IMG/VR virus record: IMGVR_UViG_3300032250_000069
Coordinates: 1-32,503 of that record
Source of the DNA: a virus
Taxonomy: Duplodnaviria > Caudoviricetes
Reading direction: 5' to 3' (one strand)
Length of the DNA: 32,503 nucleotides
In this document: positions 10,351 to 20,250 of the stretch, in pieces
Layout: every line of letters begins with the position of its first letter
Numbering within the stretch: the stretch's first letter is position 1
Program-made: the position numbers and the translations under genes
The notes under the pieces: model-generated
What the model saw: only the letters and a program-made list of their open reading frames with translations
Database searches by the model: none
Told to the model about the DNA's origin: nothing

Positions 10351-13214
10351 CTAACTGCTCGCATGTGACCTAAACTTAAATCGCCTACTGATTGCTCGGC
10401 ATCATCTAAGATACCTTGTAGTCGTGGGTGGTTTAGGTTTACGCCTATAACATAACACTGTGGTATCTTAATACCAACATCTTTACCGAAGTAAGCCTTC
10501 TGAGATTTCGGAGTTGCCATAATATTTTCAGCTTCAAACTCATTAAGAAATCCTTTGTAGTCTATACCACGTTTAGCTAACCAACGTCTAAGTTTAGTAC
10601 GCTCAATCATCACAGTACCACTGGTAAACTTACTATCAAACGTCTTGCGGAACAAGTCATAGCGTACTGTAATCTCTGCAATGTACGGTCTTGTGCTATC
10701 CTTCATAGGCTTCTGACCATCAGTGTGCATAACTATTAGAGCCGCATCCATATGCTCATTTATAAACTCACCTATCAGGTCGAATGAATCCACACGATTG
10801 GCTAATGCGTTTTTCTTAATGCCTACTAATTCTTCCAGTGCCCACTCGGTTGCATCCTCAACTTCGTATTGAACAAGTCCAAAGTCTTTAGCTAGCCTAT
10901 TACCTAAGTCTGCTAGCACTACGCCAACTTCCCAGAACCGTTCGTTACCTGAGAACACAGCACCATATCTAGTAGGGAACTCAGCGATAGCATGTTGAAC
11001 CATAGCTTTAACTCTGTCCTCACCCAGTTCCATTACTTTCTGGATGAACTCAACACCAGCCCAACCGTAGTTGTGCATTAGGAACATATACATCTGACGC
11101 CCAACTGCTGTACCCTTACTCAATAGTGGATGCACTGGCATGAAGAACTCAAGTAGTCGAGCAAGCTGTGCATCTGAGGCACTACCACCAGCGTAAAGCA
11201 TACTCTGTATAGATTTGTTTGTGGATAATGTAGCTGTAGTCTGGAACTCTCGAGCTGCTTTTTCTTCAGCCGCTCTACCCAACCTACCTTTATCCTTACC
11301 CTGCGTTACCCAGTACAACATGTCACCTATCTCATCGGCATCCATCATTGTAGTTTCATCAATCGTCATGGGTAGATTGCCATGAGTAGATAGTCTTGCA
11401 AACATACTGTTCTGTGTAAACTTACCACCGAAGTGTAACTGGTCTGGGTTGCCCCACACTGACTGCATCATCAACTGTCCAAGTGTTTTACCTGCACCAG
11501 TTTCACCGTAGATAGATAGTGTTAGACCTTTAATACCTGTCATCTTAAGTAATGGTGTAGCAAAACTAAAGCCCAACAAGAACTTGTGGGGTATCATCTT
11601 AGCAGTTTCTAAAACCTTGGTGAACTTAACCCACTCGTCACGTGAACCTGCTGTACCGTACATCTGGTCACCAACTTTAGCTATTGATGATGCTAGGTTA
11701 ACTGACTCTTTGGATACAGTACCATCAGGTAGGCGGCGAAGTAATGTGTTACCAATAATAAACTGATTGTATCCATCCTTCCAACCCATAGACGAATACA
11801 GGTTAGTAAGACCACGCCTCTGTTTTAATTCTTCCATGTATGAACGTAATAACATTTGAAAATTCTTTGTCTTAGATGCTGACTCAAGCACGATACCTTG
11901 GTCTGCAATCGTAGTGCCAAACTCACTACTGTTATCAACAAGATGGGCTTGTCTTAATACTAACTCAGTCCATCCTACGTGCGCTCTGTTCCACATATAT
12001 CGTACAACTTCATACCCTAAACTCTCATCCTTACCATAACCAACTGGGTATATATCAAATGAGCATACTGGTATTTCATTATCATCAATCTTAACTACTA
12101 TACTTCCTGCCGTAGTACGCTTGAACATCCGTGGCATAGGTACATCAGATACAATGGGGTCGAACTTCGCAGCTTCAGACTCCGCTTCGACATAGGAAAC
12201 ACCTAGTATTGCTGGACTGGTAATCTTATCCTTAAACTTACAGCCCTTACATAATCCTGTATTAAGTTCTGAGAATCGCTTACATGTTGTAGGTCCTGAT
12301 ACCTTATCCTTCCATTGGATAATCTTTTCTGTCGTAGCTTGTGCATCAAAACTTGGGTGTCCTTCGCTCCAAGATATAGCAACTTGTTCTGGGTTCTCAC
12401 AGAACGCAGCAATACCCATCAAGGCATACCACAATGGCTCTTGTACAAGTGTACTATCTGCTCGGTTGTCTACGGCATAATGCACTTGAGCACAGGATGT
12501 ATAGATTTTATCTGGGCGTGATGGATTAAACTCCACCTTAACTGCCAAAGCATCCAACAACGAGCTGCTGGATGTTGTGCGCTGGCTCACCGCGTGAGCC
12601 TTAGGAATAACTGTATGCTTCTCAAGTATAGAACGCAAGTAGTCGAGTGGTACATCTGGTGCATCCACTAACAGTTTAACAATGTTACCGTTCTTGTTAT
12701 TCGTAGTACCAATAGGTCGTAAGATACGTGCTGCATCCCCTGTCACAGCAGGGTCAATCATAAAACCATTGTTCAAAGCTAGTGCCTTCACTGCTTCTGC
12801 TAGAGGCTTCCACGTATCGTAGTCTACTGCTTCATCTAATATCCAGTACACATGCAGACCGCCACCAGAAAAGACGACCATAGGCTTCGGCATACCGAAG
12901 TCAGATACGAATTTACCTAGTGCAATAAGTCCTTCTTTGTACGATAGATACGGTTTATTCTCACCACAATCTATATCCAGAGCAATCACTCGGATGCTAC
13001 TAACGAACTCTTGCTTCCGCTTCTTGTCATTATATGCAGCTATAGCATAGTATGTTGTGTTTCCCCTAGCATCTAGTGCAAGGGCTACCTTTGCAAGTTC
13101 ATCCACTGAGGTAAAGAATCCATGCTTAGGTGCAGGATGGTCTTTCGTAAAGCTGGCTACACACAATAGCCCCTCAGATGGGAGTACTCGCCGAAAAAAA
13201 TCCAGCGTGTTCAT
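10347..13214 (-). CDS. Primase-helicase: AEP/RepB-like primase + Cys cluster + DUF927-type P-loop helicase
   Basis: IALDIDCG and VFSGGGLHVYW primase motifs, C...CKGC cluster, Walker A GETGAGKT, Walker B MTIDE. Confidence 0.85.
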   Translation of the reverse strand: MNTLDFFRRVLPSEGLLCVASFTKDHPAPKHGFFTSVDELAKVALALDARGNTTYYAIAAYNDKKRKQEFVSSIRVIALDIDCGENKPYLSYKEGLIALGKFVSDFGMPKPMVVFSGGGLHVYWILDEAVDYDTWKPLAEAVKALALNNGFMIDPAVTGDAARILRPIGTTNNKNGNIVKLLVDAPDVPLDYLRSILEKHTVIPKAHAVSQRTTSSSSLLDALAVKVEFNPSRPDKIYTSCAQVHYAVDNRADSTLVQEPLWYALMGIAAFCENPEQVAISWSEGHPSFDAQATTEKIIQWKDKVSGPTTCKRFSELNTGLCKGCKFKDKITSPAILGVSYVEAESEAAKFDPIVSDVPMPRMFKRTTAGSIVVKIDDNEIPVCSFDIYPVGYGKDESLGYEVVRYMWNRAHVGWTELVLRQAHLVDNSSEFGTTIADQGIVLESASKTKNFQMLLRSYMEELKQRRGLTNLYSSMGWKDGYNQFIIGNTLLRRLPDGTVSKESVNLASSIAKVGDQMYGTAGSRDEWVKFTKVLETAKMIPHKFLLGFSFATPLLKMTGIKGLTLSIYGETGAGKTLGQLMMQSVWGNPDQLHFGGKFTQNSMFARLSTHGNLPMTIDETTMMDADEIGDMLYWVTQGKDKGRLGRAAEEKAAREFQTTATLSTNKSIQSMLYAGGSASDAQLARLLEFFMPVHPLLSKGTAVGRQMYMFLMHNYGWAGVEFIQKVMELGEDRVKAMVQHAIAEFPTRYGAVFSGNERFWEVGVVLADLGNRLAKDFGLVQYEVEDATEWALEELVGIKKNALANRVDSFDLIGEFINEHMDAALIVMHTDGQKPMKDSTRPYIAEITVRYDLFRKTFDSKFTSGTVMIERTKLRRWLAKRGIDYKGFLNEFEAENIMATPKSQKAYFGKDVGIKIPQCYVIGVNLNHPRLQGILDDAEQSVGDLSLGHMRAVS

Positions 13215-13232
13215 ATATTCCCCGTATCAATA

Positions 13233-13252
13233 TGAGGGGCATAAGCCCCTCA
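13233..13252 (-). promoter_or_regulatory. Intergenic hairpin TGAGGGGC-N4-GCCCCTCA
   Basis: Perfect 8-bp stem upstream of the primase RBS; the same core stem occurs at 25327-25344. Confidence 0.5.
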
Positions 13253-13257
13253 CTCCA

Positions 13258-13548
13258 TCAGTTAAACCGCTTTAGCACTTCGTCTAATTTGGCTCGTCTA
13301 GTTTCCGTGTCCAGAATTATAACATCTGGTGTCGGCCACTTATCTTCTACCATGATAGCTAAAAGATTTTTTAAAACAAGTTTAATTTTTCCTACATACT
13401 TATCCTCAGGTACTCTGCCCTGAATCCATCGGTAGTATGTCATCCTTGTCACACCCAGCAACTCCGACATATCCTGTCGGCGAAGCATCATGTGTTTACG
13501 AAGTGCCTCTACTTTAGAAAAGTCGATGGCATTAAGCATCATCAGCAC
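13258..13548 (-). CDS. Cro/CI-type HTH DNA-binding protein (start probably 13539 or 13542)
   Basis: LRKHMMLRRQDMSELLGVTRMTYYRWIQG fits an XRE HTH; overlaps the stop of the upstream gene. Confidence 0.75.
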   Translation of the reverse strand: MLMMLNAIDFSKVEALRKHMMLRRQDMSELLGVTRMTYYRWIQGRVPEDKYVGKIKLVLKNLLAIMVEDKWPTPDVIILDTETRRAKLDEVLKRFN

Positions 13549-14482
13549 CTACCGAACCGACTAATGCAGCAATCTCGTCAGCCAATGTAGATGCAGATGG
13601 AACTTCAGCTGGGGCAGCTACCACTTCTTTCTCTACTGGTGCTTTTTGTACAGCTGGGGCAGCAGCTGGTTTGTTACCGAAACCTTTAGTCACTGGTGCT
13701 GGTTCTACTACTGGGGCTGCTACTGATACACTTGGTTTAGCAACTGGTGCTGGGATATGAACTGCTGGTGCACTACCACGTGCTTCGCCAGTAATTTCTT
13801 TAACTTCATTAGAACCGAATAGCTTATCAACTGCTGCTTGTGTATCCTCATCTAAGAAACCATTGAAGCTAAACATTAGTTTTGGGAATGAAGCATTGGT
13901 ATCAAATGAAATCTTAGTGCGTACAATTTCTGGTGGGATACCACGTACTGAAAGTTCTTTATGGAACTTGCTCAATCCTTGTAGTGCTGCTGGTGTAACT
14001 TGCAACTGGTAGATAGAACCTTCTGGGTCATCAGCCGCTACAATAGCCAGAGTCTTCTGGTCTGAACATGCCTTGATTTCTTTACCTTGTGGAGTAACAC
14101 GTGAACCCCAAGCATTTTGTGGACATGAAGCACACAAATCATTCTGTGGATTGGTAGCTTGTGCGTCTGGTGTCTTACCATTATGTGAGAAGCAGTCAGG
14201 TCCTGAAGGCTCTGCGTCTGGTGTCCACTGTTTAGCATACCAAGTCTTGGTAATGTTAGGGTTAGCACCTACGATTACTACATCCAATGACATAGAATCT
14301 AATACAGTTTCTACACCATCTTCTACAATACGGAAGCGACTACCCTTGATAGAGATGCGAGCATGGCTTTCACCACTTGACAAGCCACTAGATAGGGCTG
14401 TACTTAATGCTGTTGTTGCCCCAATACGTGCTGCTACGTGTGCTGGGATTTGAATGTTTGCTAATGTTAAATTTGTACTCAT
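13532..14482 (-). CDS. Phage ssDNA-binding / recombination-associated protein with Cys motif (putative)
   Basis: PDCFS, CASCPQNAWGS and KAC motifs, Ala/Pro-rich linker, acidic tail; sits in the replication module; SD GGAG. Confidence 0.6.
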   Translation of the reverse strand: MSTNLTLANIQIPAHVAARIGATTALSTALSSGLSSGESHARISIKGSRFRIVEDGVETVLDSMSLDVVIVGANPNITKTWYAKQWTPDAEPSGPDCFSHNGKTPDAQATNPQNDLCASCPQNAWGSRVTPQGKEIKACSDQKTLAIVAADDPEGSIYQLQVTPAALQGLSKFHKELSVRGIPPEIVRTKISFDTNASFPKLMFSFNGFLDEDTQAAVDKLFGSNEVKEITGEARGSAPAVHIPAPVAKPSVSVAAPVVEPAPVTKGFGNKPAAAPAVQKAPVEKEVVAAPAEVPSASTLADEIAALVGSVGADDA

Positions 14483-14496
14483 AATATACTCCGTTG

Positions 14497-14814
14497 TTAA
14501 TAAGTTCTGGTTACCCGTTGAATTCCTGCTTTGATTTGGTCACTGCTACTTATAGCTGTGATGTTCATCTTTTCTTTTACTGCTCCTGTAATTATTGCTT
14601 CTGTTATATCCTCACCTGTCTTACAGTACACAGGCATTTCATTACGCTTTATTACTACAAACCCATTAGCAATCTGATATATGCTGTGGCTTGGTGCCGA
14701 GCTATATATTGCGTCATGTAGGTCTGGCCCCCCTGTGAAGTTAGCAGTCATTGGCGTCTGCATAATCTCACGCACAACCCGTTTAATGTACGAACGTATC
14801 ATTCTACTCCTCAA
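14497..14814 (-). CDS. Hypothetical protein
   Basis: Fills the gap in a tightly packed operon; exact start uncertain. Confidence 0.55.
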   Translation of the reverse strand: MRSRMIRSYIKRVVREIMQTPMTANFTGGPDLHDAIYSSAPSHSIYQIANGFVVIKRNEMPVYCKTGEDITEAIITGAVKEKMNITAISSSDQIKAGIQRVTRTY

Positions 14815-15211
14815 CTTTCTTTGTGGGTTTACGAATGTTAACTTCTAGCTTAGTACCATAGTTAACCCCCGGCGGTACAGTCTTTGAGTTCTCTATATAT
14901 CCACGAACGGCAACCTTACTTATACGCTTCTCGAGCATATCGTATGCTTCGTTATCACGAATATATTTGAGTACTGCATCCCAGTCTGCAACATTGGCAT
15001 AGTCCACCGTGGTTAAGAACGCTGTACCATGATTAGTTTTAAACGAGGTAACGCCTTGTGCATCAGCTTGTTCTTTAATCCAAGCCTCAATCTTTTCCAT
15101 CTGTGTCTTTACTTCATCCACCTCAGCTTTAACTTTTGCTTCGATGGCATCCTTCTTAGCTCGTAGCTTCATATACGTAGCTACTACTACATCTACCGAT
15201 AGTTGTGTCAT
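14804..15211 (-). CDS. Conserved phage replication-module protein (N-terminal coiled coil)
   Basis: Coiled coil followed by SFKTNHGT, DWDAV and VPPGV; SD AGGTG; lies between the helicase and SSB-like genes. Confidence 0.7.
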   Translation of the reverse strand: MTQLSVDVVVATYMKLRAKKDAIEAKVKAEVDEVKTQMEKIEAWIKEQADAQGVTSFKTNHGTAFLTTVDYANVADWDAVLKYIRDNEAYDMLEKRISKVAVRGYIENSKTVPPGVNYGTKLEVNIRKPTKKVEE

Positions 15212-15215
15212 AGTG

Positions 15216-16766
15216 TCACCTATTTGATTCCGATTGAATTACATCAAGAAGCAGTCCCTGTAATTTCTGTTTGTTCTTGAGCCGCTCATACATCTTGTAC
15301 TCTAGTTCTGTCGACTCAATGTGGATTACATTTGATACATGCTTCTTACCTATTCGCTCAATGCGACCATTTGCCTGAACATACTGCTCGTTACTTGTTA
15401 CAGGACCATACCAGATTATTGTTGATGCACTGGTAAGGGTTAGGCCATGAGCCATTGTGCCCGGGTGGGCTATTAGAACTCGTGGGTCTTTCTCATGTTG
15501 AAAGTTCTGAAATATCTCATTGCGTTTGTTCGCAGATACCTCACCATTCACAACACTAACTGACCAATGCTTCGACAACTCACGCTCTAACATATGCAAA
15601 GTACCTGTCAATGGTACAAATACAATTACTTTTTCACCTGCTTCTTCTATTACCTCCTTAACTAAGTTAACTCTTGGTGTGCAATCCAACTCAATGTTCT
15701 CACCCTCATCACCATACACCACGCCACAAGCAATCTGTATTAGCTTCTGTACTTTGACTGCTTCATTAGCGGCAGTGATAGCCCCCGCTGCAAGTTCAGT
15801 AGAAAAATGTTTTAGCATTTGAGCATAGTGTTTCTTCTGCTCTGTTGTCATAGCAACCTGCCGTGTCTGTATCACAGTGTCGGGCAAGTCAAAACATTCA
15901 TCTCGTGTGTACCTCACTGATGGCTGTAAAATATGTTTGACAATGTCTACAGCTTCTGGGCGTGGTACAAACTTCCACTGTCCTATCTTCATCATCACCT
16001 GTTCTCTGAATGATGTGAATGTTCTAGTACAATGTGGGCTATTAACTAACCTTGCCAATGCCCAAGCATCAGTCGGGTCATTAGGTGTTGGTGTCCCAGT
16101 CATCAACCACAAACGTGCTGCTGGATTCTGGTCCATGAACTTACGGAATACTTTAAACCTTTGTGTAGATGCGTTACGTAACACTGCTGCTTCATCCACA
16201 ATAACTAAATCAAACATACCCTTTGCTTCATCAGAAACAATATTAAATCCATCATGGTTAATAATATAAAAATCAACATCAGTCTGTAACAACTTTATCC
16301 TACGTGCCGCAGTACCATGCAGTACAACAAACTTACGATTAGGAAAGCCTTTGAATACTGCATCCCCCCATACTCGTTCTAATGTAGATAGTGGTGAGAG
16401 TATCAATACTTTTTTAATCTGCTTTGTACGTAGTAGATAGTCAGCTGCCCACAATGCCGACTGCGTTTTACCTGTACCAATCTCATTAAGAACTAAACCT
16501 TTAAAGTTTGTTGTCAGGAAAGCCGCTGTCTGTTTCTGGTGGTCGTATGGCTTGTATGTTCCGGGCCAATCGTAGTAGTATAGTATTGGTGATGGTGCTT
16601 TGATACCAAGATTGTTCAGGACTTTAACTTCATCCATCTCATGAGGTACAGTGACTAGCTCAATACCTCTGACCTTAATAATCTTAGCCGTTGGTATACT
16701 CTCAAGCACCCTCGCAGGGTGATTAAGTTTAAGGGCAAGTGTTCTTGCCTTCTCGATTACTAGCAT
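15216..16766 (-). CDS. SNF2-like superfamily 2 helicase
   Basis: NEIGTGKT (motif I), IVDEAA (II), MTGTP (III), HGLTLT (V), QANGRIERIG (VI). Confidence 0.9.
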   Translation of the reverse strand: MLVIEKARTLALKLNHPARVLESIPTAKIIKVRGIELVTVPHEMDEVKVLNNLGIKAPSPILYYYDWPGTYKPYDHQKQTAAFLTTNFKGLVLNEIGTGKTQSALWAADYLLRTKQIKKVLILSPLSTLERVWGDAVFKGFPNRKFVVLHGTAARRIKLLQTDVDFYIINHDGFNIVSDEAKGMFDLVIVDEAAVLRNASTQRFKVFRKFMDQNPAARLWLMTGTPTPNDPTDAWALARLVNSPHCTRTFTSFREQVMMKIGQWKFVPRPEAVDIVKHILQPSVRYTRDECFDLPDTVIQTRQVAMTTEQKKHYAQMLKHFSTELAAGAITAANEAVKVQKLIQIACGVVYGDEGENIELDCTPRVNLVKEVIEEAGEKVIVFVPLTGTLHMLERELSKHWSVSVVNGEVSANKRNEIFQNFQHEKDPRVLIAHPGTMAHGLTLTSASTIIWYGPVTSNEQYVQANGRIERIGKKHVSNVIHIESTELEYKMYERLKNKQKLQGLLLDVIQSESNR

Positions 16767-16774
16767 GTGTCACC

Positions 16775-17068
16775 TCAATATGTTATTAGTTTTTCAAGAA
16801 CTGCTAGTGTATCGTTATCGTATACAACCATCCACGCACCGCCAGCATCTTGAATCTCTTTACCCCGTATAGTCTGTAGTTCAGTAGGCTTTTTAGTTTT
16901 ATCTGCCTTACATTCAACACCTACAAACCTGCCCCTAACTATAGCAATCAAGTCTGGTATACCAGATTTACCAAAGCCATTGTTAGCTGGCATGAAGTAC
17001 CACACTTGGTACTTCTTAAACAACTCTACTACTTTTTTCTTTACCTTACCTTCAGGCGTATTGCTCAT
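16775..17068 (-). CDS. VRR-NUC domain nuclease / Holliday junction resolvase
   Basis: TPEGKVK, GIPDL, GVECKA, PTELQ: a PD-(D/E)XK pattern. Confidence 0.85.
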   Translation of the reverse strand: MSNTPEGKVKKKVVELFKKYQVWYFMPANNGFGKSGIPDLIAIVRGRFVGVECKADKTKKPTELQTIRGKEIQDAGGAWMVVYDNDTLAVLEKLITY

Positions 17069-17095
17069 AATACTCTCCGGTTACATCCGTGTCAA
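17067..17095 (-). promoter_or_regulatory. Sigma70-like promoter TTGACA-17-TATTAT
   Basis: -35 at 17095-17090 and -10 at 17072-17067, overlapping the VRR-NUC ATG; TGTAACC lies in the spacer. Confidence 0.55.
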
Positions 17096-17097
17096 CT

Positions 17098-17757
17098 CTA
17101 AAGTTTAGCAAAATCACAATCATGTCTAGCTGGGCAGTATCGGCATAGTCCACTAGGTCTAGCAGGCCATACATCATGCTCTAAAGCTTTCTCTATTCGG
17201 TTTACACGTGTAATAATTTCAGTCCATAGTTCATTGGCTTGTGTTCTGCTATACGTTTCCGTATCCATCTTGTTATCTTTCAGCCACACCAGTGAAGTCT
17301 TTACTCGTACTACATCAGGGAAATGTTTGAATACTTGAACTGCAAATATCTGCATCTGAAAGAAGTCTGGCTTACGCTTACCAGTTTTCCAATCCATAAC
17401 CACAGCATCAGCACCATTGACAACTAGAATATCTAGCTTACTTCTAAACCAAGCATCATCATCCCACCACCCAGTCGGATGTAAGTCTGGATTTAGAACT
17501 AATTCTTTCTCTATATGTAGCTCTCCTGTGCTGGCAATCTGTTCGACCGCCTTGCACAATGGTTCGTAATGTGAAACTTCTTGTGGTAACTCCGTGTTTT
17601 CTTTCAGCCTATCTTCTAAGAACTTGTGGATACGTTCACCATTCATACTGGCTTCACCACCAGTATCCACTATGTCCTTGACTATGCGCTGTCTCATGTA
17701 TCTATACGGGCAATTCTCAAACAACTTGATGCTTGAATACGAGTGTGATAGTTTCAT
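17098..17757 (-). CDS. Cas4-like PD-(D/E)XK exonuclease
   Basis: HSYSSIKLFENCP, KLD...DWKTGK, QMQIF, CRYCP...C (1+3 Cys arrangement). Confidence 0.85.
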   Translation of the reverse strand: MKLSHSYSSIKLFENCPYRYMRQRIVKDIVDTGGEASMNGERIHKFLEDRLKENTELPQEVSHYEPLCKAVEQIASTGELHIEKELVLNPDLHPTGWWDDDAWFRSKLDILVVNGADAVVMDWKTGKRKPDFFQMQIFAVQVFKHFPDVVRVKTSLVWLKDNKMDTETYSRTQANELWTEIITRVNRIEKALEHDVWPARPSGLCRYCPARHDCDFAKL

Positions 17758-17897
17758 ATATTGTATTCACGAAGTGTTAATTCGTGTCCTGTTTATTTAA
17801 GCTGCTAGTGTACACCTAATAGTTTATTTTTTGTCTTGCATCTATACTAAAAGAATAGTTTTGCATGTAAAAATAAACCATTTATTACAGACAAACT

Positions 17898-19760
17898 TTA
17901 TGTATCCCCATAGTTATCAGCCATACCGCTTTCACAAGCGACAGGTAAATCAGGTGCCCATTTTGGGCACATAGACATACACTTCTCAACATATTGTTGT
18001 GCGTTATCCGCATCAGCAGCAGGAGCTGAAATGATTAGCTCGTCATGTACTTGGAATAAGACTGGGTACTTCTGTCCTACAACTATCATCTGCTCACCTA
18101 CTACAATCCTAGCTAACGCTTGCACTACGTTCTCTGTTGCTTTACCACCGTAGATTTTTGTCCAGCTAATCGTGTCGTCTGCTACACCATTTAGTACACG
18201 TTCCTTTAACATCTTACGATACTGCCTAGGGTCTGCAATGTACACAAAGCTGTTCTCATTATTTAATCTTAGCGCAGGGTATCGTATATAAAAACCATTA
18301 GGTAATCGTATACCTTCCTCATCATAGCTTACGTTCTTAGCTATCAATCCACTCTGTCTGTTTGCAATACACTTAATAGCATGGTTCATCAATGCCCATA
18401 ACGATACAATCTTATGGTTCTTAGTCCTGTATAGCTGCACTATACGCTGTGCTTCCTCAAGCGTTACAATAACATTCACGCCTGCCTGCCCAATCTCTAA
18501 GGTGCGTCTGAATTTCTCAGCCCCCATGCCATAACCCAATCCTAAGATACAAGTCTTACCTACAAATCGTTCTACCTTATCGGACTTAGTAATCTTCCTA
18601 CCATATACTTCACTGGCAAACTCAGAGTATACATCACGACCTTCCGCAAATGCCTGTACTAAATCATTCTGTCCAGCCAACCAAGCAACTGTCCGAGCCT
18701 CAATCTGTGACGAGTCACATGATATTAGTACGTGTCCTTCCTCTGCTCGTATCGCCCTGCGGATAGTGTTATCCCCCCTACTAGGTAGGTTCTGTAGGTT
18801 CATGCCATCACCACCACTAAATCTACCAGTGTGTGCGCCATAGTAATTAAGTAAGATAGGTAACTTACCTCGCTTAGATACACCAATCAAGGACTGTGTT
18901 CTGGTTTCCTCAAGCGTAGACTTAACCCCCAAGCGAGCAGCAACCACCGATTGTACTTTCTCATCAGGGTGGTCTTGTAGTTCTTCCATACCTTTATCTG
19001 TTTTACCAAACGCATAGGTTTCTTTACCTGTACGTAAAGATGTTTTCATTGGTGGCTCAACACCAAGTGAACGTAACACAGCTGCAAACTTGTTGTTGGA
19101 CATGAGTTCGTCTTTGCCTACATGGATACTATCAAGCAACGCTTCCTTACGAGCTATAACATTTGCAAGGTGGGTGCTAAGTAGTCCTTCATCCAACACG
19201 ATACGAGGCTCAGTATACATACGTAGTGTGCGGTCTATGATTAATAATTCTGATACAGGAAAATCAACCTTCAACTTGTTGAACAATGCGTATGTAATAT
19301 CCACATCATTACAGCAATACTCTGCGTACCTATTTAAAGATGCGAGGTCGAAGTCTGCCCTGCGTTTACCAAGTGCGTTCTCTACTTCAGTACCTTTGGC
19401 ATTTAGTTTGTAGTGCGTAGCCAGTGCCGCCAAGCTACCACCCACTGTTAATGAGTGCTTGGGTCGTGCCATTGATAGTGTATCCAACCATAGCTTCGGT
19501 TTAATATTGTAGTGCCACGATAGAATAGCACCATCAAAAGCTGTGTGATGACACAAGATAGCCTTGTCAGTATAGTCAATAGAATTTAAGAACTGCCCTA
19601 CTCTATCACCGCTGTACCAATCGGTCTGCCCATCATCAATCTTAATACCAACACCAATAACTTCAAAGCGAGGGTCACGTATGTACGCCTCAGTCGTCAT
19701 CTTTTTTAGGGAATAGTCTTTGTCATAGTAAGTTTCAAAGTCAATCGTAACTATGCCCAT
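17898..19760 (-). CDS. polA: Phage DNA polymerase family A with 3'-5' exonuclease
   Basis: IDFETY (Exo I), TGRFS and NLQNLP, DSSQIEAR (motif A), KTCILGLGYG (motif B), QVHDEL (motif C). Confidence 0.95.
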   Translation of the reverse strand: MGIVTIDFETYYDKDYSLKKMTTEAYIRDPRFEVIGVGIKIDDGQTDWYSGDRVGQFLNSIDYTDKAILCHHTAFDGAILSWHYNIKPKLWLDTLSMARPKHSLTVGGSLAALATHYKLNAKGTEVENALGKRRADFDLASLNRYAEYCCNDVDITYALFNKLKVDFPVSELLIIDRTLRMYTEPRIVLDEGLLSTHLANVIARKEALLDSIHVGKDELMSNNKFAAVLRSLGVEPPMKTSLRTGKETYAFGKTDKGMEELQDHPDEKVQSVVAARLGVKSTLEETRTQSLIGVSKRGKLPILLNYYGAHTGRFSGGDGMNLQNLPSRGDNTIRRAIRAEEGHVLISCDSSQIEARTVAWLAGQNDLVQAFAEGRDVYSEFASEVYGRKITKSDKVERFVGKTCILGLGYGMGAEKFRRTLEIGQAGVNVIVTLEEAQRIVQLYRTKNHKIVSLWALMNHAIKCIANRQSGLIAKNVSYDEEGIRLPNGFYIRYPALRLNNENSFVYIADPRQYRKMLKERVLNGVADDTISWTKIYGGKATENVVQALARIVVGEQMIVVGQKYPVLFQVHDELIISAPAADADNAQQYVEKCMSMCPKWAPDLPVACESGMADNYGDT

Positions 19761-20017
19761 AGAACTTCTTCTCTTGCATCTAACTCAGCTTGAAGTTCAT
19801 CTAATATTTCAACCAGTCTAGTAAGATGATGATGCGCCTTACGTATATCCTCATCACCCCCCTTCATACGCTCACGTGCCAAGTATCCTATTGCTGTATT
19901 CTTGTGGTAACCACGTAGTTCTTCCAATGTAGACCACGATTCCATTGCAGTCCATGGTTGTATACCCAAATCATGGTAGTGAGAACCACCAACTTGTTGG
20001 TCTTTAGCTTTACTCAT
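19751..20017 (-). CDS. DUF3310-family protein (T7 gp1.7-like putative nucleotide kinase)
   Basis: QVGGSHY, Y..R...KGG.EDIRKA motifs. Confidence 0.75.
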   Translation of the reverse strand: MSKAKDQQVGGSHYHDLGIQPWTAMESWSTLEELRGYHKNTAIGYLARERMKGGDEDIRKAHHHLTRLVEILDELQAELDAREEVLWA

Positions 20018-20250
20018 TGCATACTCCTTTGTCTTCTATCAGTCCAATCTTTAGTACAGTGCTCATTGCACCACCGTTTATCTTTACCACCTGCTACCAA
20101 TTCATTACCATCATCATCAACAAAAGGCTCTTGACAATTCAAGCACATACCTATTGGTTCAACCTCACGCTTAGGCGCACCTCTAAACTTACGCCTTACT
20201 TCGGCTTCTATGTCAAGCCTATCTTGGGTTAAATCTGCTTCGTCACTCAT
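20014..20250 (-). CDS. TraR/DksA-like zinc-finger protein
   Basis: MSDEAD acidic N-terminus; CLNC and WCNEHC. The ATG at 20250 overlaps the end of the upstream ORF. Confidence 0.65.
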   Translation of the reverse strand: MSDEADLTQDRLDIEAEVRRKFRGAPKREVEPIGMCLNCQEPFVDDDGNELVAGGKDKRWCNEHCTKDWTDRRQRSMQ

